NCBI GenBank assembly: GCA_046260445.1
Contig: JBHEPF010000127.1
Coordinates: 11,688 to 75,687 of the forward strand
Source: Dermatophilaceae bacterium
Lineage (GTDB): Bacteria; Actinomycetota; Actinomycetes; Actinomycetales; Dermatophilaceae
Length of the DNA stretch: 64,000 bases
Reading direction: 5' to 3'
Part shown: positions 62,602-64,000 of the stretch, in pieces
How the letters are laid out: the number at the start of each line of letters is the position of its first letter
How positions within the stretch are numbered: position 1 is the stretch's first letter
Position numbers and translations under genes: made by a program
Notes under the pieces: generated by a model
Database searches by the model: none
What the model saw: the letters and a program-made list of their open reading frames with translations, nothing else
Told to the model about the DNA's origin: nothing

Positions 62602-64000
62602 ATGCGAGGAATCACTCGCACGGTTGCCGTCGCCGGAATCTCAGCGGTCGCGCTTCTCGCGACCGCCTGTGGTGGCGACAATGGCGACACGACCGCAACG
62701 GACGGGACCACGGCTGCCGAGGGCGCCGCTGGCGGCGAGATCGTCGTCGACGGCTGCACCCCCGAGAACCCGCTCATCGCCGGCAACACCAGTGAGACCT
62801 GTGGTGGCAACATTCTCGACACCATCGTCGCGAAGCTCGTCCACTACAACTCCGAGGACGCCTCGCCCGAGAACGACATCGCCGAGTCGATTGAGAGCGA
62901 CGACAACCAGACGTTCACGGTGAAGATCAAGCAGGGCTACCTGTTCCAGGACGGGACCGAGGTCAAGGCGCAGAACTTCGTCGACGCGTGGAACTACACC
63001 GCGTTCGGTCCGAACGGCCAGACCGGCAGCTACTTCATGGCGCCGATCGAGGGCTTCGCAGAGGTCAACGCCGAGGGCGCGACCGTTGAGGAGCTGTCAG
63101 GACTTGAGGTCGTCGACGACTACACCTTCACGATCAGGACCACCGAGCCGGTCTCCAACCTGCCGGTCCGTCTCGGCTACACCGCCTTCGCGCCGCAGCC
63201 CGACGCCTTCTTCGCGGACCCCGCCGCGTTCGACAAGGCACCGATCGGCGCCGGTCCCTACCAGGTGACCGAGTTCAACGACGGCCAGAGCATCATCGTC
63301 GAGAAGTTCGCCGACTACTCCGGCGAATTCGGCGGTCAGGTCGACAAGATCACCTTCAAGATCTACCAGGACGCCGACGCCGCCTACAACGACCTGCTCG
63401 CGAACCAGGTCGACGTCATCAGGCAGATCCCCCAGTCGGCGCTCATCGACGACAAGTACCAGTCCGACCTCCCGGACCGCAACGGGGACCGTGAGACCGG
63501 AGTCATCCAGTTCATCGGCATCGACGCCGTCGCCAGCCCGGACCTTGCAGACCCGCAGATCCGCAAGGCGATCTCGATGGCGATCGACCGTGACCTGATC
63601 AACGAGCAGATCTTCAACAACACCCGGGTGTCCGCCACCGGCTGGGTCTCCCCGGTCGTCGACGGCTACCAGGAGAACGCGTGCGGCGACGCCTGCGTCT
63701 TCGACCCCGATGCCGCCAAAGCCATGCTCGACGAGGCCGGCGGCTACGACGGTGAGCTCACCCTGAGCTACAACGGTGACGGCGACCACAAGGCGTGGAC
63801 CGAGGCGACGTGCAACAGCATCTCGAGCGCGCTCGACATCGCGTGCACGGCGACCCCGGTCGTCGACTTCGCGACCTACCTCACCCAGCTCGGCAACGGC
63901 GAGATGACCGGTATGTGGCGTCTCGGCTGGCAGATGGACTACCCGTCCATCGAGAACTTCCTCGCCCCGCTCTACGCAGAGGGTGCCGACAGCAACTACT
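62602..64000 (+). CDS. ABC transporter substrate-binding lipoprotein, peptide/nickel (family 5) type; C-terminus beyond the right edge
   Basis: ATG at 62602 with AAGGAGG upstream. The signal peptide plus Cys is MRGITRTVAVAGISAVALLATACGG. The body is family-5 SBP-like (TFTVKIKQGYLFQDGTEVKAQNFVDAW, PIGAGPYQV). It is not in the track because no stop falls within the window. Confidence 0.85.
   Translation, partial: MRGITRTVAVAGISAVALLATACGGDNGDTTATDGTTAAEGAAGGEIVVDGCTPENPLIAGNTSETCGGNILDTIVAKLVHYNSEDASPENDIAESIESDDNQTFTVKIKQGYLFQDGTEVKAQNFVDAWNYTAFGPNGQTGSYFMAPIEGFAEVNAEGATVEELSGLEVVDDYTFTIRTTEPVSNLPVRLGYTAFAPQPDAFFADPAAFDKAPIGAGPYQVTEFNDGQSIIVEKFADYSGEFGGQVDKITFKIYQDADAAYNDLLANQVDVIRQIPQSALIDDKYQSDLPDRNGDRETGVIQFIGIDAVASPDLADPQIRKAISMAIDRDLINEQIFNNTRVSATGWVSPVVDGYQENACGDACVFDPDAAKAMLDEAGGYDGELTLSYNGDGDHKAWTEATCNSISSALDIACTATPVVDFATYLTQLGNGEMTGMWRLGWQMDYPSIENFLAPLYAEGADSNY

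Overview
This window is a high-GC actinobacterial chromosomal segment (lineage is an inference from gene content, order and codon style). I call about 55 protein genes, one tRNA (initiator tRNA-fMet) and two decayed gene remnants. I saw no rRNA, CRISPR array, transposase or integrase. The backbone follows the conserved Actinomycetota gene order known from Mycobacterium tuberculosis Rv3213c to Rv3193c: ParA-like ATPase, DEAD-box helicase, DUF3107, TetR, MoeZ, AdnA/AdnB, NudC, mycoredoxin, UvrD2, WhiB7, ABC1 kinase, an E1-like protein, a zincin-like protein, MoaE, a PDZ/Lon-like protease and UPF0182. The left end carries glpD-glpK, a MaoC dehydratase, a PHP phosphoesterase and purU. The right end carries ndh, an M16 peptidase pair, hisN and a peptide-type ABC binding protein that runs off the edge. 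The main finding is an ~18 kb accessory island (11078..29267) inserted in this backbone. It encodes a choline-to-sarcosine route: BetT, BetA, BetB, a non-pyrrolysine MttB-family methyltransferase, a corrinoid protein, a methyl-THF methyltransferase, a RamA-type reductive activase, DUF1638, MetF, and a dimethylglycine dehydrogenase translationally coupled to EtfBA, with two IclR regulators. This amounts to a cobalamin-dependent betaine demethylation module, of a type characterised in anaerobes, sitting among respiratory genes. Other points are a whiB7 leader with an upstream ORF and an intrinsic attenuator hairpin, a frameshifted PTS EIIA plus a dehydrogenase fragment beside the tRNA, a probable pseudokinase with an acidic tail, candidate operators, and two short intergenic tandem duplications. 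The many long opposite-strand or off-frame ORFs in the track are treated as high-GC artefacts. All family assignments come from reading motifs by eye; no searches were run.
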